Shown in pieces: positions 28,001 through 36,262 of a DNA stretch of 64,000 nt. The stretch is from Pseudomonas aeruginosa PAO1. GTDB taxonomy: Bacteria; Pseudomonadota; Gammaproteobacteria; Pseudomonadales; Pseudomonadaceae. The notes under the pieces were generated by a model. That model was not told the origin of the DNA and made no database searches. It worked only from the letters and a program-made list of their open reading frames with translations. The translations under genes were made by a program, and so were the position numbers. The number at the start of each line of letters is the position of its first letter. The first letter of the stretch is position 1. The stretch is taken from NCBI RefSeq assembly GCF_000006765.1, contig NC_002516.2. The stretch is one strand, 5' to 3'.

Positions 28001-28098
28001 TTGCGCTGCAGCGAGCGCTGGGTGGCCAGGTAGACCGTGGCCATGGCGCCTTCGCCCAGCTCGCGTTCGATGTCGAATCCCGGAAGTTCTATGTCCAT
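25000..28098 (-). CDS. ppkA: Ser/Thr kinase PpkA
   Basis: HRDVKPAN, DFG, Pro-rich linker, TM helix, C-terminal vWA domain (DTSVS). Confidence 0.95.
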   Translation of the reverse strand: MDIELPGFDIERELGEGAMATVYLATQRSLQRKVALKVMAAALAADPSFAERFLREGRTLARLSHPNTVTIHDIGNVGSCYYMAMEYLPNGTLKERIQQGLDPEQGLAYVRQVAAALGYAHSQGLVHRDVKPANILFRADGTAVLSDFGIAKSIEDNTQFTQVGFAVGTPSYMSPEQARGQEIDGRADLYALGVVLYEILTGKLPYNGKDSLSTALAHLTEPLPELPIEQGRYQDILRQLLAKDPAERFPTAGALIAALDRLAPSALEATQIRPLATPQGSPRASNPPPAEPAPLPPADLGGLQPVSIQLPPVTPSAGGATPPPPPPSQAAKPPSPPPPPLPPAKPRAGGSRTPLIAAAAAAVLLAIGGGAWWLLGSGDAPSAADPAPLGQTPADKPQQQTPVADAEQDGGERPLLMPGKKTLFQRVLTKPGAAISAEAGGPPRAGAVPAFSVLYVYARKQVGGSPWLRVGASSNGEGDGWLPASAVSDWKQSLVLKFTERSGRAPVMFLNSAEQVERLLGDTRAARDTLTQAVDHKGDPQVVAVEPNDRAIPQDQFYLLPIFDSKESFDADGQPAQLLEVASIDPGGSAAAPQAPGQAGQGGASGAASDTFRTGIVLVVDTSVSMQPYIDRVREVIDGLQRQIGERGDLDKVSFGLVGFRNNTDKTPGLEYVSKTLVPLQPGNDAQRFAELSSQVRATDVSSHSFNEDAFAGIMQAVDEMDWSPYAGRVVLLVTDAGALRKNDPLGRTQMNEAEVRQAALRKGVKIYALHLRTPAGKNNHGYAEQQYRSLTADANPKIADLYIPVAGGEVNAFGNTVKEIGTVFADLVHDAGNRKPQAPRFDAAPSVASKSAAIGYAMQMEFLGRRDPVRAPQVVTAWTADRDLTNPALPAFQVCVLLSKLQLNELQQSLKLIVDAAKRTQTSPKDFFQEIASASAYMSRDPAQLVKGSNLAQSGVLGEYLEGLPYRSKSLNMTQDLWLSLSVAEQQDFIDELESKIRLYETFHNDVANWVRFGDADAGDALYRVPLSTLP

Positions 28099-28105
28099 GT
28101 CCGTC

Positions 28106-28834
28106 TCAGAAGGCCCTGACCACCAGGGCCGTGATGTTGTCCGGGGCGCCGCGGGTCAGGCCCAGGTGGACCAGGCTGCGGACCACCGCATAGGGATCGC
28201 TGTGGCTGAGCACGTCGCGCAGTTCGCTGTCGTCGGCGGTCTTGTTGAGGCCGTCGCTGCAGAGCAGGAAGCTGTCGCCGGGCAGCACGTGCAGCGCGGC
28301 TTCCGACAGTTCCAGTTGCTCGTGCACGCCGACCGCGCGGGTGACCACGTTGGCGCGCGGATGGTGGCGCGCCTCTTCCTCGCTGATCAATGCGTTGTCG
28401 AGCAGCTCCTGGACGTAGCTGTGGTCCCGCGAGATGGCTTCCAGCACGCCGCCGCGCAGGCGGTACAGGCGGCTGTCGCCGGCCCACAGGCAGCTCGCCT
28501 GGTTGCCGCGCGCGGCGAGCAGTACCAGGGTGCTGCCCATCACGCTGACGCCACGCAGGCCAGCCTCCTGGCGAACCCGCTCGTTGACCTGGGCGAGGCC
28601 GGTGCGCAACGCGCCGACATAGGCCGGTAGCGAGGAGGCCGCCGGGATGCGCCGCAGGGTATCGACGATCAGGCTGCTGACGAAGTCGCCGGCGGCGTGG
28701 CCGCCCATGCCGTCGGCGACCACCCAGAGTCCCGCCTCGGGGGCGTCGAGACTGGCGTCTTCGTTGACCTTGCGGACCATGCCGACGTGGCTGTAGCTGG
28801 CCGACCTGTAGTAGCTGACTGAGTTGGGCACCAT
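28106..28834 (-). CDS. pppA: PP2C-family phosphatase PppA
   Basis: VADGMGGH, GDSR, CSDGL, DNIT. Confidence 0.95.
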   Translation of the reverse strand: MVPNSVSYYRSASYSHVGMVRKVNEDASLDAPEAGLWVVADGMGGHAAGDFVSSLIVDTLRRIPAASSLPAYVGALRTGLAQVNERVRQEAGLRGVSVMGSTLVLLAARGNQASCLWAGDSRLYRLRGGVLEAISRDHSYVQELLDNALISEEEARHHPRANVVTRAVGVHEQLELSEAALHVLPGDSFLLCSDGLNKTADDSELRDVLSHSDPYAVVRSLVHLGLTRGAPDNITALVVRAF

Positions 28835-28843
28835 CAGTTGTCC

Positions 28844-29524
28844 TTAACCGGGTATGCCGGGAAAGAGCGGGATCACCTCGCCCTCTCCGGTGAGGAATCG
28901 TCCGAACGCCGGCGCCGGCGGCAGGCCCTGGTAGCGCATCAGGCCGGCGGAGATCCGTGCCGAGCCGCGTCCCCACCAGTGGCTGGCGCCGTCGCAGGCG
29001 TGCTGGGCCAGCGCGGCGAGGCGCTGCGCCGGGGTCACCGCTTCGCTGCGCAGCAGGTTGCCGCTGATCAGCGATTGTTCGATGCGCGGTCCGCAGGGCG
29101 GTGCCGGGAGCTGCGCCACCGCCTGCTCGAAGGCCTCGACCTCGGCCTCCGGTTCGAGGGTGGAGAGCAGCAGGCTCTCGACCTGTTCGAACCAGCCGTC
29201 GTCGCCGCCGACCAGCCCGCCGAGGTCGGCGTTCGCCGGTAGCAGGCAGGCGACGGTCAGCGGGAAATAGCGACCGACCCGGTCGATGCTCGGCATCACC
29301 ACTCCGGTCACCGCTTCGCCGCCGAGCAGGCCGGGGGCGATGGCGAAGCGCCACAGCGGGCTGGTCAGGTAGGCGTCGAGCCAGGCCGCGCCGAGCTCGT
29401 CCTGGCTGGCGCGCATGCCGCTGGCCAGCCAGGCGTCCCAGGGTTCGACGAAGGTGTTCGGCAGGCCGCGGCTGACGAAATCGCCGCGGCCGGCCAGCTT
29501 GCCGTAGAAACCGACGCTGTTCAA
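28844..29524 (-). CDS. tagF1: T6SS repressor TagF (TTG start overlapping the tssM stop)
   Basis: GFYGKLAGRGDFV, MPSIDRVGRYFPL. Confidence 0.92.
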   Translation of the reverse strand: MNSVGFYGKLAGRGDFVSRGLPNTFVEPWDAWLASGMRASQDELGAAWLDAYLTSPLWRFAIAPGLLGGEAVTGVVMPSIDRVGRYFPLTVACLLPANADLGGLVGGDDGWFEQVESLLLSTLEPEAEVEAFEQAVAQLPAPPCGPRIEQSLISGNLLRSEAVTPAQRLAALAQHACDGASHWWGRGSARISAGLMRYQGLPPAPAFGRFLTGEGEVIPLFPGIPG

Positions 29525-32500
29525 AGGCGCTCCGGGAGGCTGAAGCCGGACACGACCCGGCTCTTGAAGGGGTTGAAGGCGCTGCTGGCGCGCAGCTCGC
29601 AGGCGATGCTGGAGCCGTCGATGCGCAGCCGCAGGGTGAAGCGGTCCGGCGAGTTGCCGCGTTCCAGGTCCGACTGGTCGAGCAGGCGGAACCAGGCCCA
29701 GGGGCCTTCCAGGGTCAGGCCGGAACGGCCGCTGCTGGGCGGCGGCGTCACCGTCAGGCGGACCACGCCGAGGCCGTTGGCGCTCGGCCACTGCATCGCC
29801 ACCGGGCGGCTGGGGCCGTGGTCGTAGGTCAGCTGCTGGCCGTCGAGGTCGAGGATGAACTGGCTGATCGCCGCGTCCATGGTCACCGGCTTGAGCTCGA
29901 AGCGCACCGTCGGTTGCATGCCGCCGGAGCGGAAGAAGGCGTCGCGGATCGCCGCCGCGCGCTGGAAAGTGTGCAGCACGCCGGGGTTGATGCCGAGCTT
30001 CTGCGCCGCGCCGGGCTGCCAGCGCCAGGTGCTGGCGGAGGTGTCGACGTAGGGTTGCAGGTACTGGCGGAAGTAGCTGTCCATCACCCCGCCGGCACCG
30101 AAGAAGTGGCCGAAGTCTTCCAGGGTGGCGTCGCGCGAACTGCCGGCGGCGATCGGGTAGCGCCCGGCCAGGGATTGCCGGTAGACGCTGACCACGTCGC
30201 TGATCCAGGCCGCGTTGAGCTGGTTGCGCACGCTGCCCATCATGCTGCTGGTGGTGGAGTTGACCACGTTCTTCACCAGGCCCTGGACCACCGGCGGCTG
30301 GCGCTCGGCGCTGAGGGCCACGCGCGAGGCGGCGGCGGCCACCTGGTTCTTGGCGTCGCCGAGCAGCGAGTCGCCGCTGGCTCCGGCCATGGCGCTGACC
30401 TGCACGTAGAGCGCGTTCATGTCTTCCAGCAGGCTGTCGATCGGCGCCGGCTCGTTGCCGCCCTCGCCCTTGCTGACCAGGCTGTTGAGTTCGGCGAAGT
30501 GGGCGCTGATCGGGTCGCTGTCGACCTGCCGCGGCTGTTCGCGGGCGCCCTCTTCCTCCTGGCCGACCAGCGAGCCGAGGCGCTGCTTGAGCTTGTCCAC
30601 GGTGCCGTCGGCGGCCTTCTTCACTTGCGCGGCGACCAGCCGGTCGCCCTTCTGCAGGTCGGTCTCGCGGGCCACTGCCTCGAGCAGCTTGCGGAACGGC
30701 GAGGTCGGCCCGGAGAGAATGCGCAGCACGTCGGCGGCCTGGGTGACATTGGTGATCGGCACCACGGTGAGGTCGGCGAGCAGGTCGTCCCACTGCCGCA
30801 GGTAGTCCTGGAAATACAGGCGACGCACGTCGAGGGCCAGGTTGGCGGCGTCGCCGGCATCGTTCAGGTCGCGCCCGAGCACCCACTGTTCCTCGGCGAT
30901 GGTGCCGGCCTGGCTGAGGCTGGCGGTGAGGAACACCTCGCGATAGCCGCGGTAGGTGAAGAAGCCGCTGAGCGGGTCGGTGAGCGGCTTGCCGCTCTTG
31001 CGCGCGAACACCAGCGGCGCGTCGCGGCCGGCGGCGTCGCTGATGCGGAAGTCGGGCACGTCCTTGGGCAGCCTCTGCCGCTTGACCCGGTCGTAGACCC
31101 GCTGCGCCACCGGCAGTTGCTGCAACTGGCGGCGCAGGTCCTCGACCAGGTCCTGGTCCAGGCGCGCCGACGGCGGCCGTCGTTCGAGCAACGCGTCGAG
31201 GTGCGCGTGCAGCGCCTGGCGCTGTTCCGGCGAGAGGTCGCGCGGCAGGTTGCGTTCCCAGTCGAGGCTGATCCAGGCCTTGATGAAGTCGGCGTCGTAA
31301 TGGTCCGGGCTGCCGAGCATCAGGTAGGCCTTCAGGCCCTCGTAGAGGAAATCGCTGCTGCCGCCGGAGCGCAACTGTTCCTCGATGCGGGTCACCAGGC
31401 GCGGGGCGAACACCGCGATCAGCAGCTTGCGGTAGACGCTGGCGGACTCCTCGCCGAGCATGTCGCCCTGGTACAGCCCGTAGCCTTCGGCCCAGCTCGG
31501 CGCGTCGCCGGCGAGATTCTGCACCGCGTTGAGCTGTGGCAGTACGGCCAGGACGTCGCGCTGGGCCGGGCTCAGCGACTCGATGCCGCGCGCCAGCGGG
31601 TCGACGCGCTGGTCGACCGCGGCGATGTAGCTCTGGTTGGCGCGGTAGCTGGCGATCCATACCGCCGTCACCGCCAGCACCACCAGCGCGGTGGCGCTCA
31701 GCGCGCCGATGGTCAGCCACTTGCGGCGGCGCTCGACCTTCGGGTTGGTGCCGACCAGGCCGCGTTCGCCGAACGCCACTTCGCGGAACAGCCGCTCGAT
31801 GAAGTAGCTGCGCCCGGTTCCGGTCTGCCGCGCCAGGTGCTGGCGGTCGAGGTTCATCGACTGCGCCATGCTGCCGATCAGGCGGTCGATCGGACTGCCT
31901 TCCTGGGTTCCGCTGGTGAAGTACAGGCCGCGCAACAGCGGGCGTTCCTCGTAGGGGTTGGGCTTGAACACGCCGTTGAGGAACTCGCCGAGGCATTCGC
32001 GCAGGGCGGCGAATTGCTGCGGGAAGCCGTAGACCAGGTCGCGCCGCGCCGGGTCGCGCTCCTGCTGCAGGCGTTCCACCAGGCGCGCGGTGAGACGCTG
32101 TTCGAGCAGGGCGAATTCGCTGTCGAACACCGCCAGCGGGCCTTCCGCGCTCTTGCCGTCGTCGAGGGCGAAGGTCATCCCCCAGACCTGCGCGCGTTCC
32201 TCGCGGTTCAGGCTGTCGAAGAACTCCATGAAGCCCGGCACCAGGTCGAACTTGGTCAGCATCACGTAGATCGGGAAGCGCACCCCGAGCTGCTGGTACA
32301 GCTCCTGGATGCGTGCGCGGATCGCCTGGGCATGGGCGGCGCGCTCGGCGTCGCTGCCCAGCAGCAGGTCGGAAAGGCTGATGGCGATGAACGCGCCATC
32401 GATGGGGCGGCGCTTGCGCTGGGTCTTGAGCAGGTCGAGGAAGCCCAGCCAGGCGGCCTTGTCCACCTGGGCGTGGCTGTCCTGGGTGGTATAGCGGCCG

Positions 32501-33051
32501 GCGGTGTCCAGCAGCACCGCTTCGTCGGTGAACCACCAGTCGCAGTTGCGCGTGCCGCCGACCCCGCGGATCGCCCCGGCGCCCATCTGCGCGGCGAGCG
32601 GGAAGTCGAGGCCGGAATTCATCAGCGCGGTGGTCTTGCCCGAACCGGGCGGGCCGATGATCACGTACCAGGGCAACTCGTACAGGTTGCGCCGCTCGCT
32701 GCCGCCCAACTTGGCCCGCTTGAGCAGGGCCAGGGCCTCGTCCATGCGTTGCTTGAGGGTCGCCAGCTCTTCGGCGGTGGCGACGCTGGCGGCGTCCGGC
32801 GCGCTGACCTCGGCGAGACTCTGCATGACCTTCGCCGCGTTGCGCCGGGCCTGCACGATGCGCAGCACGCGGAAGCCGATCCAGACCAGGAACAGCAGGA
32901 CGATCAGCACCCAGCGGCTGGTCGCCGAGGCCAACGGTTCGTAGTTGCCCAGGCGCAGCAGCGGGCCGAGGAACCAGATGATCAGGCTCAGGGCGAGCAG
33001 GCCGAGCACCGGCACCACCCAGCGCGCGAAGAAGTTGAGGAAGCCTTTCAT
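29521..33051 (-). CDS. tssM1: T6SS membrane complex TssM/IcmF (1176 aa)
   Basis: N-terminal TM helices; LPWYVIIGPPGSGKTT, LLDTAGRY; ATGA overlap with the tssL stop. Confidence 0.95.
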   Translation of the reverse strand: MKGFLNFFARWVVPVLGLLALSLIIWFLGPLLRLGNYEPLASATSRWVLIVLLFLVWIGFRVLRIVQARRNAAKVMQSLAEVSAPDAASVATAEELATLKQRMDEALALLKRAKLGGSERRNLYELPWYVIIGPPGSGKTTALMNSGLDFPLAAQMGAGAIRGVGGTRNCDWWFTDEAVLLDTAGRYTTQDSHAQVDKAAWLGFLDLLKTQRKRRPIDGAFIAISLSDLLLGSDAERAAHAQAIRARIQELYQQLGVRFPIYVMLTKFDLVPGFMEFFDSLNREERAQVWGMTFALDDGKSAEGPLAVFDSEFALLEQRLTARLVERLQQERDPARRDLVYGFPQQFAALRECLGEFLNGVFKPNPYEERPLLRGLYFTSGTQEGSPIDRLIGSMAQSMNLDRQHLARQTGTGRSYFIERLFREVAFGERGLVGTNPKVERRRKWLTIGALSATALVVLAVTAVWIASYRANQSYIAAVDQRVDPLARGIESLSPAQRDVLAVLPQLNAVQNLAGDAPSWAEGYGLYQGDMLGEESASVYRKLLIAVFAPRLVTRIEEQLRSGGSSDFLYEGLKAYLMLGSPDHYDADFIKAWISLDWERNLPRDLSPEQRQALHAHLDALLERRPPSARLDQDLVEDLRRQLQQLPVAQRVYDRVKRQRLPKDVPDFRISDAAGRDAPLVFARKSGKPLTDPLSGFFTYRGYREVFLTASLSQAGTIAEEQWVLGRDLNDAGDAANLALDVRRLYFQDYLRQWDDLLADLTVVPITNVTQAADVLRILSGPTSPFRKLLEAVARETDLQKGDRLVAAQVKKAADGTVDKLKQRLGSLVGQEEEGAREQPRQVDSDPISAHFAELNSLVSKGEGGNEPAPIDSLLEDMNALYVQVSAMAGASGDSLLGDAKNQVAAAASRVALSAERQPPVVQGLVKNVVNSTTSSMMGSVRNQLNAAWISDVVSVYRQSLAGRYPIAAGSSRDATLEDFGHFFGAGGVMDSYFRQYLQPYVDTSASTWRWQPGAAQKLGINPGVLHTFQRAAAIRDAFFRSGGMQPTVRFELKPVTMDAAISQFILDLDGQQLTYDHGPSRPVAMQWPSANGLGVVRLTVTPPPSSGRSGLTLEGPWAWFRLLDQSDLERGNSPDRFTLRLRIDGSSIACELRASSAFNPFKSRVVSGFSLPERL

Positions 33052-34397
33052 TGCGCGCCCTCCGCGAATACGGTGATTTCCACCCGGCGGTTGCGTGCGC
33101 GGCCTTCGGCGCTGGCATTGGTCGCCACCGGCTCGGTGTCGCTGCGCCCTTCGGCGGTGAAGCGGCCGGCGTCGCCGGTGGTCGCGCCGAGCAGGTCGGC
33201 GACCTCCTGGGCGCGGGCCTGGGACAGTTTCCAGTTGGACGGGTAGCGCAGCGTGGCGATCGGCCGGTTGTCGCTATGGCCGGTGACCAGCACCTGGCCC
33301 TTGACCTTGCGCAGGGCGTCGGCGATGCGCAGCAGCAGCGGCTGGAACTCGTCGCGCACGCTGGCGCTGGCGCTGGCGAACAGCTCGTCGCCGCGGATGG
33401 TCACCACCGAGCGGTCGACGGCGTCCTCCACCGCCACTCGCTGGGCCTTGATGTCGTCGGCGAGGAAGCGCGCCAGGCGTGGCCGCTCGATCACCCGCGG
33501 CTGCACCGCCGGGCGGTCGATGGCCTGCACCGGGATCTCGCCGATGGCGTGGATGCGCTTGAACACCGGCTCGGCGTCGGCGGCCAGCTTCATCCGCAGG
33601 CCGAACAGCAAGGCCAGCAGCAAGGCCAGGCCGATGGCGATACCGACCCACGGCGGCAGGTATTGCGAAAGGCGGTCGCGCATCACGCTGAGGCCGCGCC
33701 AGTGCGGCGACAGTTCGTGCTCGTACTCGCCGCGGGTGCTGCGGATCACCGCCGCGGTGCGCTCGCGCAGCGCCTCCAGTTGGCTGCGGCCGTCGTGCAT
33801 GACCCGGTAGCGGCCTTCGAAGCCGAGGCTGGTGCACAGGTACAGCAGCTCCAGCAGGTGCAGGCGCTGGTGCGGGTTCTGCAGGCAGTGTTCGAGCAAC
33901 TGGAAGACCTTCTCGCCGCCCCAGGCCTCGTTGTGCAGGGTGATCAGCAGGCTCTGCTTGCCCCAGTCGCTGGTGCTGCCCCACGGCGTGCTGAGCACCG
34001 CTTCGTCGAGGGCGGTGCAGAGCACGTAGCGCGCCAGCATCACTTCGTCCGGCGCCACGCCGGCCTGGCGTGCCTTCTCCTCGAACTGGCGCAGGTAGCC
34101 GAGCAGTTGCGCGCGCAGGCTGGCCGGCGCCGGATGGGCGATGGTGTTGCGCAGGCGGGTGAGCATCGCCAGCAGTGGGCCGGCGGCCTGCTCCAGCGGG
34201 TTGAGGCCGTCGCCGCGGCCGCTCAGCGGCGCCAGGCTGGCCATCGGCGGCGGCGTGTAGGGATCGCCGCCGCGGGGGCCGCCGGCCGGTTCCGGGGCGC
34301 GGCCGCCGGGACGCGGCATGATCATGGTGCGGTCGTCGGGCGGGCTTCCGTTGCCGCCGCCGGCCGGGGTGCCGAAGGGATCGTCGATGGGAGGCAT
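33048..34397 (-). CDS. tssL1: TssL/DotU with C-terminal OmpA-like peptidoglycan-binding domain
   Basis: ARYVLCTALDE, LGFEGRY; GHSDN, RNRRVEI. Confidence 0.95.
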   Translation of the reverse strand: MPPIDDPFGTPAGGGNGSPPDDRTMIMPRPGGRAPEPAGGPRGGDPYTPPPMASLAPLSGRGDGLNPLEQAAGPLLAMLTRLRNTIAHPAPASLRAQLLGYLRQFEEKARQAGVAPDEVMLARYVLCTALDEAVLSTPWGSTSDWGKQSLLITLHNEAWGGEKVFQLLEHCLQNPHQRLHLLELLYLCTSLGFEGRYRVMHDGRSQLEALRERTAAVIRSTRGEYEHELSPHWRGLSVMRDRLSQYLPPWVGIAIGLALLLALLFGLRMKLAADAEPVFKRIHAIGEIPVQAIDRPAVQPRVIERPRLARFLADDIKAQRVAVEDAVDRSVVTIRGDELFASASASVRDEFQPLLLRIADALRKVKGQVLVTGHSDNRPIATLRYPSNWKLSQARAQEVADLLGATTGDAGRFTAEGRSDTEPVATNASAEGRARNRRVEITVFAEGAQ

Positions 34398-34403
34398 CGT
34401 TGC

Positions 34404-35738
34404 TTATCCTCGAATGGCCCAGAAGGCCAGGTTCAGCCCGGGGAACTGGCCGGCGATGTGGAAGGCGAAGCCGCCGGAGTGCGTCAGCTGCTTCCAATGC
34501 GCGCTGCCGCGGTCCAGTTCGAAATAGGTGGAGCCGGCGTGGTAGGGGATCTGCCGCGGCGCCACCGGCATCGGCAGCAGGCCGATACCCGGCAGTTGCA
34601 GGTTGACCAGGTCGCGGATGTGCTCCACCGAGCCGACCTTGGCCTGCTGCGGGAAGTGCCCGCGCAGGCTCTCGCCGGGGACGTCGGCGCGCACCACCAG
34701 GACGAAGCTGGCGTTGTCGATCAGGCTGCGGTCGCTGAGCATCGCGACGTGCACGCCGTAGGCCTTCTCGACGATCGGGATGGCGATCGCCTTGGCGTCG
34801 ATCACCGTCGCCAGCGCCTGGCGCAGGGCGAGCATCACCGGGGCGAAGCTGGCGGCCAGGTCGTCGTGGTTGTACACCGGGTACTCCTCGGGACGCCGCT
34901 GGCTGGCGGTGAAGGTGCAGAACTCGCCGGCCAGGGCCACCAGTTCGCGGTACAGCTCCTGCGGGTGCAGCGGGCGCACGCGGGACAGGTGACCGGTGAG
35001 GGCCTCGGCGCGGTTGACCAGTTGCAGCAGCAGGAAGTCGGCGATTTCCGAGGCGCCCCCGGCGCTGGAGGCCACCACCCGCCCGGCGAGGGCTTCGCCG
35101 CGCTGGTGGAGCAGGCCCAGCAGCTCCTTGGCGAAGGACGCCAGGGGCGGCGCGGCGGCAATGTCGAGTACCGGCGGCAGGTAGTCCTCGTCCAGGCTCA
35201 GGGCCTGGTCCGCGCGCTTCTCGCGGACCCGCGCGACGCCCACCGCGGCGTATTCGCCGAGGCCGTCGCGCTCGGTCAGCAGGCGGAACGCCTGGCTGCC
35301 CAGGGCCACTGGCGCGCGGCTCTCGAAGGCGGCATTGTCGTCGCGCACTTCCTGCACCTGGCTGACGTAGCGGGCGCCGCCGAGGGCCTCGCCCTCCTCT
35401 ACCGTGTCGCGGGTGCCGACCCGCTTCAGCGGCAGGCCGAGGTAGACGATGCCATCACGCAGGCTTTCCTCGACATTCAGCGGCGCCGGCGCCGGATCGT
35501 CGGCGGGGATGTTGAACGGCGTACCATCCGGCAGCACGCCGCGGGCGCTGACGATGGCCAGCTTGCCCTGGGTCAGCAGGGCATCGTCCAGCTTCAGCTC
35601 GGAAAAGCCCCAGCCGCCCGCCAGGAGCGAGCGGCAGCGGCCATCCACCAGGGTTTCCAGGTAGCGGTCGTGCTGCTGGAAATGCTGTGGCCGCAGGAAC
35701 ATGCCTTCGGACCACACCACGCGGTTATTCCAGGACAT
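34404..35738 (-). CDS. tssK1: Baseplate TssK
   Basis: VVWSEGMFLRPQHFQQ. Confidence 0.96.
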   Translation of the reverse strand: MSWNNRVVWSEGMFLRPQHFQQHDRYLETLVDGRCRSLLAGGWGFSELKLDDALLTQGKLAIVSARGVLPDGTPFNIPADDPAPAPLNVEESLRDGIVYLGLPLKRVGTRDTVEEGEALGGARYVSQVQEVRDDNAAFESRAPVALGSQAFRLLTERDGLGEYAAVGVARVREKRADQALSLDEDYLPPVLDIAAAPPLASFAKELLGLLHQRGEALAGRVVASSAGGASEIADFLLLQLVNRAEALTGHLSRVRPLHPQELYRELVALAGEFCTFTASQRRPEEYPVYNHDDLAASFAPVMLALRQALATVIDAKAIAIPIVEKAYGVHVAMLSDRSLIDNASFVLVVRADVPGESLRGHFPQQAKVGSVEHIRDLVNLQLPGIGLLPMPVAPRQIPYHAGSTYFELDRGSAHWKQLTHSGGFAFHIAGQFPGLNLAFWAIRG

Positions 35739-35753
35739 AGGGACTCCGAAGGT

Positions 35754-36218
35754 TCAGGGCGCGGGACGCGCGACGATGCCGATGGCCTGCGCGCCGAGCG
35801 TGATGTCGAGATGGCTGGTGCGTTGCCCCGGCACGTCGAGGACCTGGCGCCAGGTGGCGCGGTCGAGGTCGCGGTAGGCGGCGACGAAACCGAGCTGGCG
35901 GGTCTGCTCGTCGAGCGTGCGTTCGATGCGCCGTTCCTCGCCCGGACGCAGGAGGAACTCGTCCTGCTCCACCAGGTCGCCACCGAGGGTCGACTGGGCG
36001 TTGTCGGTGAGGGCGAAGTAGTCGGCGCGGCCGAACGCGGTGTCTTTCTTCAGCTCGTACAGCCGCAGGCGCAGCGGCGCCGCCTGGCCGGCGGCGGACG
36101 GGTTGAGGTTCGGTGCGGCGTGGAGCCAGATCACCACCCGGGTCGGCGGGGTTTCCGGCGGGCTGGACGAACAGGCGGCGAGCAGCAGCCCGAACAGCGC
36201 GACGATCAGTTTCTGCAT
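35754..36218 (-). CDS. tssJ1: Lipoprotein TssJ
   Basis: Lipobox LLAAC; LRLYELK, GFVAAYRD. Confidence 0.95.
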   Translation of the reverse strand: MQKLIVALFGLLLAACSSSPPETPPTRVVIWLHAAPNLNPSAAGQAAPLRLRLYELKKDTAFGRADYFALTDNAQSTLGGDLVEQDEFLLRPGEERRIERTLDEQTRQLGFVAAYRDLDRATWRQVLDVPGQRTSHLDITLGAQAIGIVARPAP

Positions 36219-36262
36219 GGTGTCGTCCTCATTGACGTTGTTTCTCCTGGTGTTCGTTGGCG

